Source: Eledone cirrhosa
Taxonomy: Eukaryota
Reading direction: 5' to 3'
DNA length: 64,000 bases
Assembly (NCBI GenBank): GCA_964016885.1
Contig: OZ024740.1
Span: 307,706,001-307,770,000, forward strand
Shown: one piece after another, positions 1-12,436 of the stretch
Numbering within the stretch: the first letter of the stretch is position 1
How the letters are laid out: every line of letters begins with the position of its first letter
Notes under the pieces: generated by a model
What the model saw: only the letters and a program-made list of their open reading frames with translations
Databases searched by the model: none
Told to the model about the DNA's origin: nothing
Program-made: the position numbers and the translations under genes

Positions 1-720
1 AAGTACAATGATTTGCTCTTTTCTAGGAACTTCTTCCATAGTTGTTTAGGAAGAGTGAATGAGTGGTACTCTGTCATGGCACAAGCTTAAACTACATTAT
101 ATTTAAGCTAACTGTTTGTAATTAGGTGTTATTTTCATAACTTGGTTCATCAATTTGAAGCCTCTGTAGCTGTTCTTTTCTAGTGTATATGTAGCAGTTG
201 GTGGCATTACTGTTATACCAGTCATTGGGGATAATGCTTTCCTGTACTACCTGATTGACTATGCAAGTGACTAACGTGTCCTACTTTGCATTTTCAGCAT
301 TTCAGCAACTATCCCTGTCTTCATATCCTTAATGGCCATTTTGACTATATGGCAGTCTCTCTGTTGGGTCTATTTGGAATGTTTCCTCTCTTTCTCATTC
401 TCATATTTTCTCCTCGTTCAGTAACTTCTCATAGAAGCCTTTTCATGCCTCTTTCTTCCCAGCATCAGTAAGTGTGAGTGCACTTTTAACAACATCTTGA
501 TTCCTTTTGACACGCTGCTTTGCAATCTGAAACAACTCACACTTTTCATCCTTATGTCACAGAACATTGGCACTAAAACAAAATTAGTGCTAGTTGTTGC
601 TTTACTAAGAAAAGAATTTAACAGACACCTTGAGCAGTTCCCAGGCAAAGTGTGCCAAACAGTGAAAAAGATCACACTCTCGGGAACTGATAACATTCTG
701 AGAAAGTTTATAAAGTAAAG
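1..720 (-). mobile_element. Degraded RTE-clade LINE fragment (pre-RT/RT N-terminal region)
   Basis: Minus-strand translation around 290-470 gives KKEA*KGFYEKLLNEEN, colinear with KKEAWKCHYE..NVENEW..GIVAEMLK of the better preserved RTE copies at 38434 and 44430; many stops; boundaries approximate. Confidence 0.55.
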
Positions 721-845
721 CTTTTGTTGAGACCCAGTTATTTTATAAAGAACAGTTTACTGTGGAGTATAAACAATAACAACAATACTACTACTACCTA
801 TACTGTGGCTATTGCTCTGTCTCTCCCCTCTTAGTGACTTCTGTC

Positions 846-1058
846 TTAACCCATTAGCATTTACATTACTCTATGTATACTATTATATTTTCATGGTAAA
901 GGCTTTATCTCACATAATATCAAATTTATGAGATTTTGATATTTATTTTGAGAACAATATCTTAACATCAGTATGAGCGGCCAGTTATGGCCAGTTTGAA
1001 CAGAAAGAGGTGAGAGAATTCTGGTCAGATACAGCTGGCTTAAATGCTAAAGGGTTAA
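846..1058. mobile_element. piggyBac-type MITE with TTAA target duplication
   Basis: TTAA(846-849)+CCCATTAGCATTTA ... TAAATGCTAAAGGG+TTAA(1055-1058); 13/14 TIR match; no coding capacity. Confidence 0.7.
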
Positions 1059-2394
1059 ATAATTTTTATTCAACACTTAATAGTAAATTATTATTTAGTA
1101 ATATTGTAATTTTTTAATGCCCAGTGAGATATTGAAATCACATTTTTACTGCATCATCCTTCAGAGGAGAACTCAAAGAAAACAATCTATAAGCAATTCT
1201 ACCCAATAAACTCAACAGCTGCTTCACACTGATCAGCAAATAGAATGGACTTTGACATTGATAGATACTTGAGATGAACATCTATAGAGGCATTGCATTT
1301 AATCTTCAAAGAATAACAGCAGGAATTGAACAAGGACATATATTTTTTTTCTTTTCCAGTTAATTAGATACACAGTGTCAGTAAATCAAATTACTGACAT
1401 TGATTGCAAAAGTTCAATATTATTATAAATAATTCTATATCATGTCAATGTTGATGTAGTTAACTCATATCAACTGAAAGACTTTCTGATTGTCGGATTG
1501 AAAATGATTGTAAAAATTAAGTGAAAGAATTTAAGGGTATATTTAAAAGTATAACATTTTAATAAAGCAAAATGGCTTACATATTCTGATTAATTTAGAT
1601 TTAAGCATAAAAAAAAAAGAAAGCTAGCTAGCTTTTAACAATTTCACTTTCAAACAAATTGATACATTTTTGACCGAACCCAAAACATAATGAATTTCAT
1701 TGAAATTATCACAAATATTCCAATTCAATTCAGAATCTTTAACAGGTAGAATATACTAAATGAGATCAGTTGGAATCTATATCAAAACATAAAAACAATC
1801 TAAAATTTAACATCATGTAAAAGAGTAATAGATATGCTGCAGTTTAGAGTTTATGCAGTAGAAATTTAATTAATTTGTCATGAGATATTTTGACAATTTT
1901 CTTCAGATATACTTAACAAATAGAATTGTTGGGACCAAGCTTCAGGCACAATACAACAGATACACCCATCATCAATTGTGATACCATGTTTAACTGTTTC
2001 ACTTTAAAGATAGAAAGATAATTCACCACAATTAAGAAATTGTATTTCTACAACTTAGAAGATATGTTTGCCATCATGTTTAATTGAAATTTAAAATTGT
2101 TTCTATTCTATTTCATCCCCATCTTCCACTCATCAACTGGAATAAATAATAGGCTAGTTTTCCTAGTCTGATTTTATTATACTTAGTTTAAACTAGAATA
2201 ATCCAATTCAAATGATATTTTTCCTTTTCAGCTTTCTGATAATACTGCATATACCTAATAAACCATACTAACTCATGTAGGATTGTTTATATAAATCTGG
2301 ATATCTACCTTATTGTTCTTATAGATAAATGTACATCCTACACCTAACTATTCAACCATGAAGAGGGAATAGAATATATTTTTCTATTTGGCAA

Positions 2395-2560
2395 ACATAT
2401 ATAAAGTTCTGTGGTGGTAAAAAAAACTCAGGAGAGCTGGACAGCAGAAGGTCTTCAGAGAAAAAACCCCACTCAGCGAGTATTTCAGCCCTTAACTTCT
2501 ATACCTAAAGGCCCCATACAATTGTTATAGAGGAGTTGATAACCCTGTATTTGAGCCTAG
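2395..2560 (-). mobile_element. Possible decayed Penelope-like terminus
   Basis: Minus strand GGCC..AAGGGCT-GAAA-TACTC-GCT-GAGTG resembles hammerhead stem II/GAAA/stem III and ends in a short TA tract; the catalytic core is not intact. Confidence 0.25.
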
Positions 2561-3599
2561 CAAACTGTGCTTATTAAAATAATTTTCATGATTGTTACAA
2601 AAAAATGAGTGAAAACAAAAACACTTTTTCATCACAAAAGCTTTTGATTAAATATTGTTAATTTCTTGGTCAAACTGAAACAATTTAAAAAGAATTTCTA
2701 CAATGTCTTATTTGTGACAGGTAATGGTTTTATTTTCACTATAACAAGAGAGACACATTTGTTAATGGGTTCAACTGGTTTCATCATTGTAACCTTTAAC
2801 TTTTTTTATTTACAGCTGTGCTATTCCTCTACCTATGCAATCATTGCAAATCAAAGATACTGAAATAAATTACATAACAAAGGGTTGAGTAGGAATAAGC
2901 CACTCTATCTGTTGTTACACTTGAGGAAAGCTAAAACCTGATATTTAGCAAATGTTATTGTTTTACATTGAAACTGGATCTCAGATTTGATGGGAAAAGG
3001 AGATTGCTGAGTATTATCAAGGACATTATTGATGTAAGTAAAGTAGCTACAGTTGGGAATTAAAATAGCAAATATTACTAAGAGAGACAAGAAGATGAGA
3101 AATATTTCCATAGTTATTTTGACAACACTAGGATTAAAATAACACTATAAAGCTGACCCAAAGTGTATAACACTATGACAATATCTTCAGAAACGAATAA
3201 AGATTATGAAACTCATCGTGTAGGAAAACTATACAGATGAAACTCACTAATCTCTGGAAAACAATCTGATAAATTTGCCATAAACCTGTTTATACATTTT
3301 CTTCAATGCATATGTAAGTGACATAATTATATACAATGAATAATACATAACATCAACAACACACAAAAAAAATCACCTTAAATAAAGTAAAAATAGAGAT
3401 ATTAAAACATATGCAACAATCTTTTATTCAGAGAACCTACTGTTATGGAAATATTTCTAAGAGATTGGTATATTAGTTTTTAGTTTTATATATAGTCTTG
3501 ATAAAATCAAGAAAATGAAACTACCACTATCTGTGAAGTTTGTTTGCTAATTTAGACATGTCTTAATATAATACAATAATTGATGACTTTGTGAGATTT

Positions 3600-4130
3600 G
3601 GCTTCAAGAAGATGGTTTAACAGGTTTCTTCATTGGCATGGGTTGACAAGTTCTGTAGAAGAGCCTTTCTCTGTCCTAAACCCAATCAGGCGTAACCATA
3701 TCATATGAAGACTTCCAAGTTCAGCAACCCTCTACTACCAACTCACACTATAAAATCCTATTGTTTACATCAATCTCATCTCAAAATTTCTAATATCTAA
3801 TAGTCTTCTATAGATTTGTATTTAATTGCATCTGGCCCCCAAACATCTATATCTATTGAACACTTGTTTGCACCAACCTTCTATGTGGCTCTGTGATGTG
3901 GTGTATGAGAGTTACATATTTATACGAACTGGAGATTTTAAAACATTTTTGCCTTCATTGAATCCTCCATCTTTTGTACATTGACTTTTTTTTGCCAAAC
4001 TCTGAAATTGGAATCATGAATGGCTGACAATATCTATATTGGACATCTATGATTACCATGCAAGAGTGGCTGTTCATGATGGTGTGGATGCACTGCCTGG
4101 AGCCAGCTTAAACCAACCTGATTGAATGCC
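3600..4130 (-). mobile_element. Highly degraded LINE 3' region
   Basis: Minus-strand fragments such as NIRNFEMRLM..YSVSW**RV resemble the LINE C-terminal AFEMR..R.LGVSW.DRV motif; boundaries approximate. Confidence 0.35.
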
Positions 4131-4659
4131 AACACAAGTACACGTAAATACTGGGATAATATATCTAAAAGGCAAAGTAGTAGAAAGACATTTTATAAAA
4201 TTGTTGCTTTTGTATGTATGTGCCTTTTATCTTCTTCAGAAGAGTTTAGCTTGTGCATATGAAATGTCCGCTTGAGATACAAACATTCAAACTGAATTGT
4301 CCAACCTTTTAGAAACAGCACACATATCGCCTTCGAATCACACAACCTATTATATTCAAAAAGAAAGGACACATTGAATAATGTGGTCCTGCATGGACCA
4401 CATCTGAAAAAAATAGTAATATAGATGCTCACAACTGGAACATTTTTGATCGTACAGCTGGTCCAGTAAGAATAAACAAAGAGATAGTTGATTTGATTGG
4501 CCATGAAGCCATTGTTCAAATACCATGTTAACAGGTGTTTTTTTTTTATTAGTTGTGTTGATATCACCAAATGATATCAAATTTGCAGCAGCAAAGTATA
4601 TTAACTGTTTCCCTGTTGGTATAGCAATCACTGATTACAAACTTACTGAAGATCGGTCT

Positions 4660-5566
4660 ATTGCTTATATCACCTTTTCCACTCACCTAGCACAATGAGG
4701 AGATACTGGAGAATGTCCTGTTGATAACTGTCTGGGGTGGGAGTGGGGTCACAGTAGAACTGATCCTTTAGATGATCATCTTCATTCAAGTTTGGCACAT
4801 AGAATGCTATGACAAAAATGGTATACATGGTACCCCCTAAATAGATCCAAGCTAAGCATGGAGACACAGGCTTCCAACACAACAAAGACATATTGACCTT
4901 GCTGAGAGCAAAAGCCACATGACCCAACACAGAATCATTGTCAATACCACTATGATAGTCAACTGAAGATTAAGGAACTCCAAAAGATTGATAGCCAGAG
5001 CCTGGTAGTCTTATTTCTGAGAGACACACAACATCTATGTTGTACTAGCGTAGTGTATGGATGGTTACTAGTTGTGTTTCTACACCTAATCATGCAAAAA
5101 AATATCTTTCCCTGCAGACTAGCAGGGATTTATATTCATCACAAGATTTATATTCATCACTTATTTGCTGGGAGAATGTGTATAAGTTTCTGTTGATGCT
5201 ATAGCATTATTCAGACTATAATTTACACATAGATACATGATCGGGTTTCATTGAAGATAAAGTTTTTGCAGGTGGTCACCAGTCACAATGACAGTGCCAG
5301 CAAAGGAAACTGTTGAATATGGGCACAGACATTTATAGAAGCTACTTGCAGATGGATCAGTACCTGGATCCTGGAGCAGATGCATATTTTAAACTAAACT
5401 GTTATAGTGCTGTAAACTCACTTTCACACCAAACCCTATTTAACGGTGTCAGTATCGCAACAAGGATGCACAGGAGGAGAATTTGTTAGGCAAAAGTGAT
5501 CCAGTTGCACATGCTATATAAGAGCGAAGTGGGAGCTCATCTCAGCTGTCCAGTTCCAGTGATACC
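4660..5566 (-). mobile_element. 5' portion of an RTE-clade LINE (5' UTR plus AP-endonuclease remnant)
   Basis: Minus translation TLR*YNIDVVCLSEIRLPGSG (~5000-5060) and FVIAFYVPNLNEDDHLKDQFY (ORF 4670-4930) are APE endonuclease motifs; the upstream 5100-5566 segment is the putative 5' UTR. Confidence 0.7.
5410..5566 (-). ncRNA. Degenerate HDV-like (double pseudoknot) ribozyme at RTE 5' end
   Basis: Minus strand: P1 GGUAUC(5566-5561)/GAUACU(5456-5451) with first-pair G-U wobble, P3 GCA/UGC, L3 UCCUUGU, P2 CUGU/ACAG, P4 ACACC/GGUGU, in HDV order; J4/2 lacks the catalytic C. Confidence 0.5.
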
Positions 5567-7520
5567 AAATCTAAAGACACATACTTTCACAGGTACTACT
5601 ACGAATAAGAAATAGGTTACCTAGGTAACAAAATCTGCGTCTTATATCCAATAAAGCATTACTATAGTCAAATGTATTTAATTCCAAACTGGTCCATGAA
5701 AATGTTGATTCATTGTCCTTATAACCAAAACTCCTGCACCTGTTCTGAACATATTGATTTCAGTGTTTCTATAGGACTGGATTCCTGTATAGCATTTTTA
5801 TACATTGCTAGCAATTTTCTACTAATAACTTTCAGGTCATGTTCTTACCAGATGCTTTGATTCAAGAATTATTTCCATTTTTTCTAAAGCTTTTGAACTG
5901 AATCTAAATATGAGTTATGCCATCTGCATACAGTTCCATGGATATCCAGCATGGAATTTGAATGCTGAGGTTTGAAGAACAAGCATGAAAAGACAACCTT
6001 ACAAATGTTAATCTGATATTTAATCTTTTGAATACATTAACTTTTTAGAAATATATATTTATTCTACCCTTCTGCACAAATTATATGGGAAACAATAGTT
6101 ACTGTAGGAGTGTGGGTGAAATCGTTTCCTGCATCATCATTGTTTTATTATCCTTTTATGGTGTGAGTTGAGAGAATGTGCAATACATCTTTCCTGTATA
6201 TACACATTTGTGGTAGACATGTTCTTAGATCTAGTGTTAATTACCTTGTACTAATATTTTTGTTGTCTACTTTACCATGTTAATACATTGTTACTGTTCA
6301 TAAAGACCACCAAAGTATCTTAATACTCATATATCATACATTAGCATTACATGGCCATTCTAGCACAGCCATCATTTCTGCATGCATGAAACAATTTCTT
6401 TGATACACAACTAATTTTTCAACTTAATTATGCTCAATATTTTTTTGTGAAGTAACATTGTATATATAATAAACTATATCGAGTCTCTTTTCTTCATTTA
6501 AATCAAACCCTTTGCTTTCACGACCTAAATTTTACAAATAGCAACACATGATTCCTATTCTACTTTTCCATAGAAAGACAATATTGTTAACAGATGGAAC
6601 AATTTTTTTGCTATCTTATCTACTACTACCAGCATGCCATTATCTAAACTGTCCTATCCAAATACAGAATATAAGTCTGAACATAACATTTTCATCAAAA
6701 TGATCACTTAAATTACTTTCACATACTAAACTAGTTATAAGCAAAATTTAGATTTGTATATGCAACTAGCTACACTTTTTATTTAAAAAAAAACAACAAC
6801 TTTTTCCAAATCTAATGCACAAAAAAGTCTTATAAATGAACAAGTATGATGTTAACTTAAGATACCTGAAAGTATGTCATACCTTCAGTGGCACTAATAA
6901 ACTGTATTTTCATGTGAAATAAATAATTTTAGATTGTTGTCAACTGCTGCATTTCAGAGAGCATTTATTGTGGTCCTTTCTCATCAGCACTATAACTTCT
7001 TGTGCACCTCGATGTTTGGTTGTGTCTCATACATTGTTCGTTCTGATGCTCTTGCTGGCATTTCTAAAAGATGTACGCCTACACAAATTAATCCACTTTT
7101 CCCTTCTCCTTAACATTCTACACACAGCTGTCATCCACTTGCAAATTAAATACTTGCACTGCCTCAATGAGCAGAAACTTTGAAAACACTGACCAGCTTA
7201 AACATGGCATTATAGATTACTTCAAAAGTACTAAAACACTGCAAATAATAAGCTTCATATTTCTGACAGTCTTTTGGCGACACCCTGTATCTATAATGTT
7301 ATCATCAAAACTACATCCCAATGGTTAGCCTTACTTTGAGAGAGGGAGAGAGGATATGCTTCAGACATGGATGAAAACTATTCTGAATGATTTTGTTAGA
7401 TTGAAGCAGATCTATGAAACACCCACAGGCATACATACATATAGTGTGTGTGATAATTACATACATACACAAATATAACCCCATACAAACACACACACAT
7501 AATATATATATATATATATA

Positions 7521-8557
7521 TAAGTTGTTCAGAAATTAATGCAGGTTTTATGTTTTCATTGAACAATTTTTAAGAGTAAAAAATCATGCAAGTGTGTAAA
7601 ATTACGTATCATTTTGAGGTATTTTTATGCTCTTTTTTTTCTTTGTAAACCATTTTTAATGCACTCTTTTTAATTTTCAGATATTTGAAATTTATTTCCA
7701 TAAGCAGCAGCAGTACAAATGACTAGAAACATCAATGAAGTTTGGGGCCAAAGAAGTGTTAATGAATGTAGAGTACAATGTTGGTTTCAAAAATCTCAAC
7801 TGGAAATTGAAAATAAGAAAGGTTGTGGACATCCTTCTGTCATTGACAATGATTCATTAAAGGCTTTGGTGGAAGTAAATTCTTGTGAATCTGTTCAAGA
7901 GCTTGCAGGAGAACTTGATGTAAACATTTGAACAATTTTGAACATTTGAACCAAATTGGAAAATCAAAAATGTTTGAAAAAAGGGGGCCATTATGAAGTC
8001 TGCTCTTCACTTCTTTTGAGCAATAAAAAAACGACCCATTTTATTCAGCACAGTGGCTGGATTGAGATGAAGCTCCTAAACACTTTCCAAACCTGAAGTT
8101 GCACCAAAAAGAAGGTTTTGCTGACTGTTTGGTGGTCTACAACCAGATCAATGAAATGTATAAAAATTGCAGTGTATATGTTCAACATTGGTCAATAGAA
8201 AAGGTCCAATCTTCTTGTTCCAACGCTCCAGAAGTTGAATGAATTGGGCTACAAACCTCTACCTCATCCAGCATTCTCACTGGATCTTTCACCATCTGAC
8301 TACCACTTTTCAAAACATTTTAACAACTTCTTGCAAGGAAAAGTCTTCAACAACCAAACAGTTGCAAAAAATGCCTTAGAAGAATTCATTACCTCAAGAA
8401 CTTCAGAATTCTATGTTATTGGAATGAATATACTAGCATCTTGTCAAAAATGTGTAGATTCTAATAGTTTTTATTTCAATCAATAAAGTTTATTCTGGAC
8501 TGAGATATGTCATTTTAAAAATTATGTTTAAAAATCTGCATTAAAGTCTGAACGATA
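7521..8557 (+). mobile_element. Decayed mariner (DD34D, Hsmar1/cecropia-like) DNA transposon
   Basis: Imperfect TIRs (GTTCAGAAATTAATGCAGGTTTT left; AAAATCTGCATTAAAGTCTGAAC right); left end in a TA tract; ORF fragments give HTH-like (TRNINEVWG..VQCWFQK), QWLD.DEAPKHFP and LPHPAFSLDLSPSDYHF motifs; frameshifted and internally deleted. Confidence 0.9.
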
Positions 8558-9347
8558 CACACACACATTTAATCTATATACATATGTACATCATATATAC
8601 ACACACAAATTTAATGATAAAATGAAAGTTGTTTGAGGTTTGTTGTATCAAAACAATTTTACAATACATGAATAGATTTTCAAATGAGAGGAAATTATGA
8701 ACTACATATATCATTACATTACAGAACTTCCGAGGATCCTGGAAATAAGGTAAATTTCATCCAACAGTCCTGAGTTAAGCAAAATTATCCAATATGAGAA
8801 ACGATAACACATAATATATGTTTAACCTTTAAAATCCTGTACTATATGAAACTACATTAGCAAGAGATTCTGAAAAAATACTAAACAGTACTATGACGTC
8901 ATCACATTAAAATTAAAATTCTTTACTATTACTGTAAATTTTCACAATGATCTGCCCTCTAGTACAGATACTATAAACATATAAATTAGCAAATGTGCTT
9001 TTAGATATTTTGCATTAAATCATTGCAAGATATTCAGAGTTAGGGAAAGAAACAAATTTTACTCTTTAGTCAGTATCGTCAAACCAGTACTAATTTTAAC
9101 AGAAAAGTAGCAATGGCTGCTTTGAATATTCAACAAAACCCATATTTCAAGGGATATATCAGATGACATAAATGTGAATTTATTTACAGATTTTAAGGAA
9201 GCACTGCACGAATAACATTCACTCGAAAATTATGTGAAAACAAATATGCCAAGTATTTTGTTAACATTGATGATTTTCCTGAGTAATTATCATACTTTTA
9301 ACTTGAATATCAATAGACTTTCTTAAATTTTGCTTGATATAAATAGA

Positions 9348-9387
<40 letters not shown>

Positions 9388-9553
9388 TAACAGTGGGATT
9401 ACAAGGCTATAGAATACATAGCTGAACTGCTGAACAGTAATATACAGTTTCACTTGAGTGAAAATGAACATGTGGAAAGTACATCTACTGACTGTGTACA
9501 TATTCTGATAATTAAGTTTTTAGATTTATAGAAACAATTCTTGTTAGAGACTT

Positions 9554-9790
9554 TTAACCCTTTTGGCAACACAGCCTATTATTTTTAAATTATTCTGAAT
9601 ATAATCAAGAATTTGGAAGGATTTAGTAAAATGATTACCTTTCTCATTATTGAGTTGTTTTGAGCATAATTTAACAAAGGTTCTTACATAAAATTATGAT
9701 GGAAGGTTTTTAGACAAATATATACACTTTAAAACAGTTTTGTATCATTGAACCCGGAATGGTTTCAGGTTGTTTGGTATCAAAAGGATA
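9554..9790. mobile_element. piggyBac-type MITE, degenerate
   Basis: TTAA-CCCTTTTGG left end and GGTATCAAAAGGATAA right end; similar to the 17289-17527 copy. Confidence 0.5.
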
Positions 9791-10139
9791 AAATAATTTA
9801 ATATATTAAAAGGTTTTGTCGATATTTTAAGACTAACATTTTTTTTTTATTATACATAATTATAATACTTTTTTTAAAAATCTGAATAGACAGATTTTGG
9901 TGAGGTTGTGTGTTGAAAGTGAATAAAGTGTCCAAATGGATTGCACCTATACTAAAATACGTTAAAAATATCAATTTCATCATTAACTTTAACTGTTTTG
10001 AAACATCTCATGATCAAAGTTGATCAATTATTATTGTTGTTGTTGCAAGGACTGGTGTAATGATCAGATTACCTGTCCTTGAAGACCAAACAAGGAGCTG
10101 ACCCCTCTCATTTTCTTTTCTCCAACAAACATGACAACC

Positions 10140-10790
10140 TGGAGTACGATGTATAAAAGCATGTGGCTTGGGTTCATTTTGAAAGCAAGGTCACTTACTC
10201 GATGGCCTCAAATTACTAGATATAGATATGATAGCCATCAATGAAATAAGGACTTCTGGGATGTACTTGTGCCCATTTTTTTACCATGACAAGGTGTACA
10301 CACTATGTGATCAGCCAGAATTAAGTGGTTGTGTTATTTCAGAAAGGTTTGCTACTTAGACCTGGATGGTAAGTTGTGGTACTTGACTGAATTACTATGA
10401 AGAAGTGCCTTCAGACTAGTAGCTGTCTATGATCTGACTAGACCAAGGCCATTGAATTTCTTCAGGTGCCTAAAAGCATTCTTGGGAATGTCCTTTTTTT
10501 AGGCCTAATAGGAGACTGGAATGGCAATTCAGTCATATGCTGGGATTGTGTGAGCCTGTGAGTTATAAGAGTGCTGAAGAAGGATGAAAACAGGGAAGCG
10601 GGCATTATCGATAATTTCCACCCCAAAACTCTGCTGCATGCAGAGATTGAGATTTTGGTCAAGGTCCTATCAAAAATATTGTCACTCATAATTAGTGGTA
10701 TGGTTGCAAAAAAGGAAAGACCTGCATAATCTCAGGCAGATCCATGTACAACAACCTTCACCTCATGGAATACATCATAGAACAATACCA
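10140..10790 (+). mobile_element. L1/Tx1-clade LINE remnant (EN start joined to RT N-terminus by deletion)
   Basis: Translations KQGHLLDGLKLLDIDMIAINE and DNFHPKTLLHAEIEILVKVLSK...ISGRSMYNNLHLMEYII match L1/Tx1 motifs (NYRPITLLN.D.KIL.KVLA.RL; GRSI.DNL). Confidence 0.65.
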
Positions 10791-11049
10791 TATCTTGTAT
10801 ACTATATATCATTACTTTTCAGTTTAAGCCACTACACTTGTAACCTGACCCTGTAATGTCCCCCTCAGCCATCATTACAGCAACAGATAAAATACCTTGC
10901 ATCATTTGTTGTTCTGGCTTCATATGTTCTGAATTTAATCCTGCTAGAGTCAACTTTTCATTTCATCTTTCTAAAGTCAAAATAAAGCACCAGTCCAATA
11001 CTGAGGTCAATATAATTGGCTTTCTCTTCTCCCAAATTGCTGACCTTGT

Positions 11050-11345
11050 GCCAATATTAGAAAGAATGGCCTGTGTAAATGAGCCTGCTCTGAGCATGAA
11101 CCTGGCGGCTGGTCGATTTGAAAAGGAGAGGAGAGGGATGCCCTCCCCGGGTTCTCTTGAAGCGCCATGGTGGTTCAAGATTGGTGAGGTTCCCGAGTTT
11201 CCTCCCTATTGGGGAATTTGAATTGTTATAATTTTCTTGTTTGTTATTGTTGTATACTTTATTTTACTTGATTATTTTGTAAAACCTCCACTGCCTCTCT
11301 CTTTTGTATTGTCCCCTATATGTCGGCCCCTGTGGCTGATAAAAA
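11050..11345 (+). mobile_element. Probable LINE (Tx1-like) ORF end and 3' UTR
   Basis: GC-richer block followed by a T-rich UTR ending GGCCCCTGTGGCTGATAAAAA, just downstream of the Tx1-like remnant; the family assignment is inference. Confidence 0.3.
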
Positions 11346-11589
11346 TAGATGATATAAATTAGCTAAAAATAAATTCAAGCAAAATTAATTGTCAAACTGT
11401 ACAATATCTCAAGTTGAATGACTCCATCTGCTACTAATGAATACAGTTATATATTTATTGTTCAATAGACACTCAACTGGCCTAAAAACCAAAAATATAT
11501 GCGGCTATTCCAGCACATTTACTTTGTAGCAAAAAATTAAGTTGTTGCTACATAGGATACTCCCTGCAACCTCCATATATATATATACA

Positions 11590-12126
11590 CAAGAAGGCAG
11601 TACAGCATAATCAAAGCTCTGGTTGCGGGCAAGCTAACGAATGCAGTCGGGAAGTGCAGCCAAAAGCACTCAATAAGGAATTTTACCTTAGAGTTATAAC
11701 ATTACGTTTAGACAGCTATGCAAATTGAAGACAGCGACCGAAATGCGAGCCGCTAGGACCAGAAAAAAAACTGACTCAGGAAAATCTTTGAGTGTGTTGT
11801 TAATAATGTGAATATTATAACTCTACTTCTGTATTGAGTGCTCCTTTCTCTCAGCAGTCAACCACATACGGATATATATATATATATATATTTATTTTAT
11901 TAAGGCTGAATAGCATCTTGTTAATACAATGAATGTTAAAACTCTACTTCAGTATTGAGTGCTCCTTTCTCTCAGTAGTCAACCACATGGATATATATAT
12001 ATATATATATATATATCATCATACGTCCACTTTAAAAAATGATGATATACACACACACATATATATATATCCTATAATATATATATATCCATGTGGTTGA
12101 CTACTGAGAGAAAGGAGCACTCAATA
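11590..12126. repeat. Cluster of Penelope-like terminal fragments (direct and inverted) in (TA)n
   Basis: ~49-bp direct repeat (~11820-11868 vs ~11940-11988, 2 mismatches) and a perfect 38-bp inverted copy (11953-11990 vs 12089-12126); shares the ACTCTAC..GTATTGAGT.C motif with 38344-38365 and 46265-46293. Confidence 0.55.
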
Positions 12127-12319
12127 GAGAGAGAGAGAGAGAGAAAGAGAAAGAGAGAGAGTTCCACAACAAATTTGTAAACACGTTTCATCGAATGAAT
12201 TTTTTCAACTCACATATGGCTGCAACCACAGGCATACACGAGTTGGACAAGAAGGAGCCGTTCAACCCATGCAAGCATAGAAAAATGGATGTAAAAATGA
12301 ATATATATACACACAATGA

Positions 12320-12436
12320 ACTTCTGCAGTTTCTGCCCACCAAATTCCAGTCACATGGTATTGGTCCCATGCAATGGGACTGAAATCAGAACCACATGGT
12401 TGCGAAATGGACACTTAAACCATACAGTCATGCCCC
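12320..12436 (-). mobile_element. tRNA-derived SINE fragment
   Basis: Minus strand GGCATGACTGTATGGTTTAAG...AACCATGTGGTTCTGATTTCAGTCCCA has A/B-box-like head; a related head occurs at 38180-38237. Confidence 0.55.

Noticed and set aside
7261-7290. Tc1-like TIR (TACAGGGTGTCGCCAAAAG on minus)
   Set aside because: No convincing partner TIR found, so no element could be delimited.
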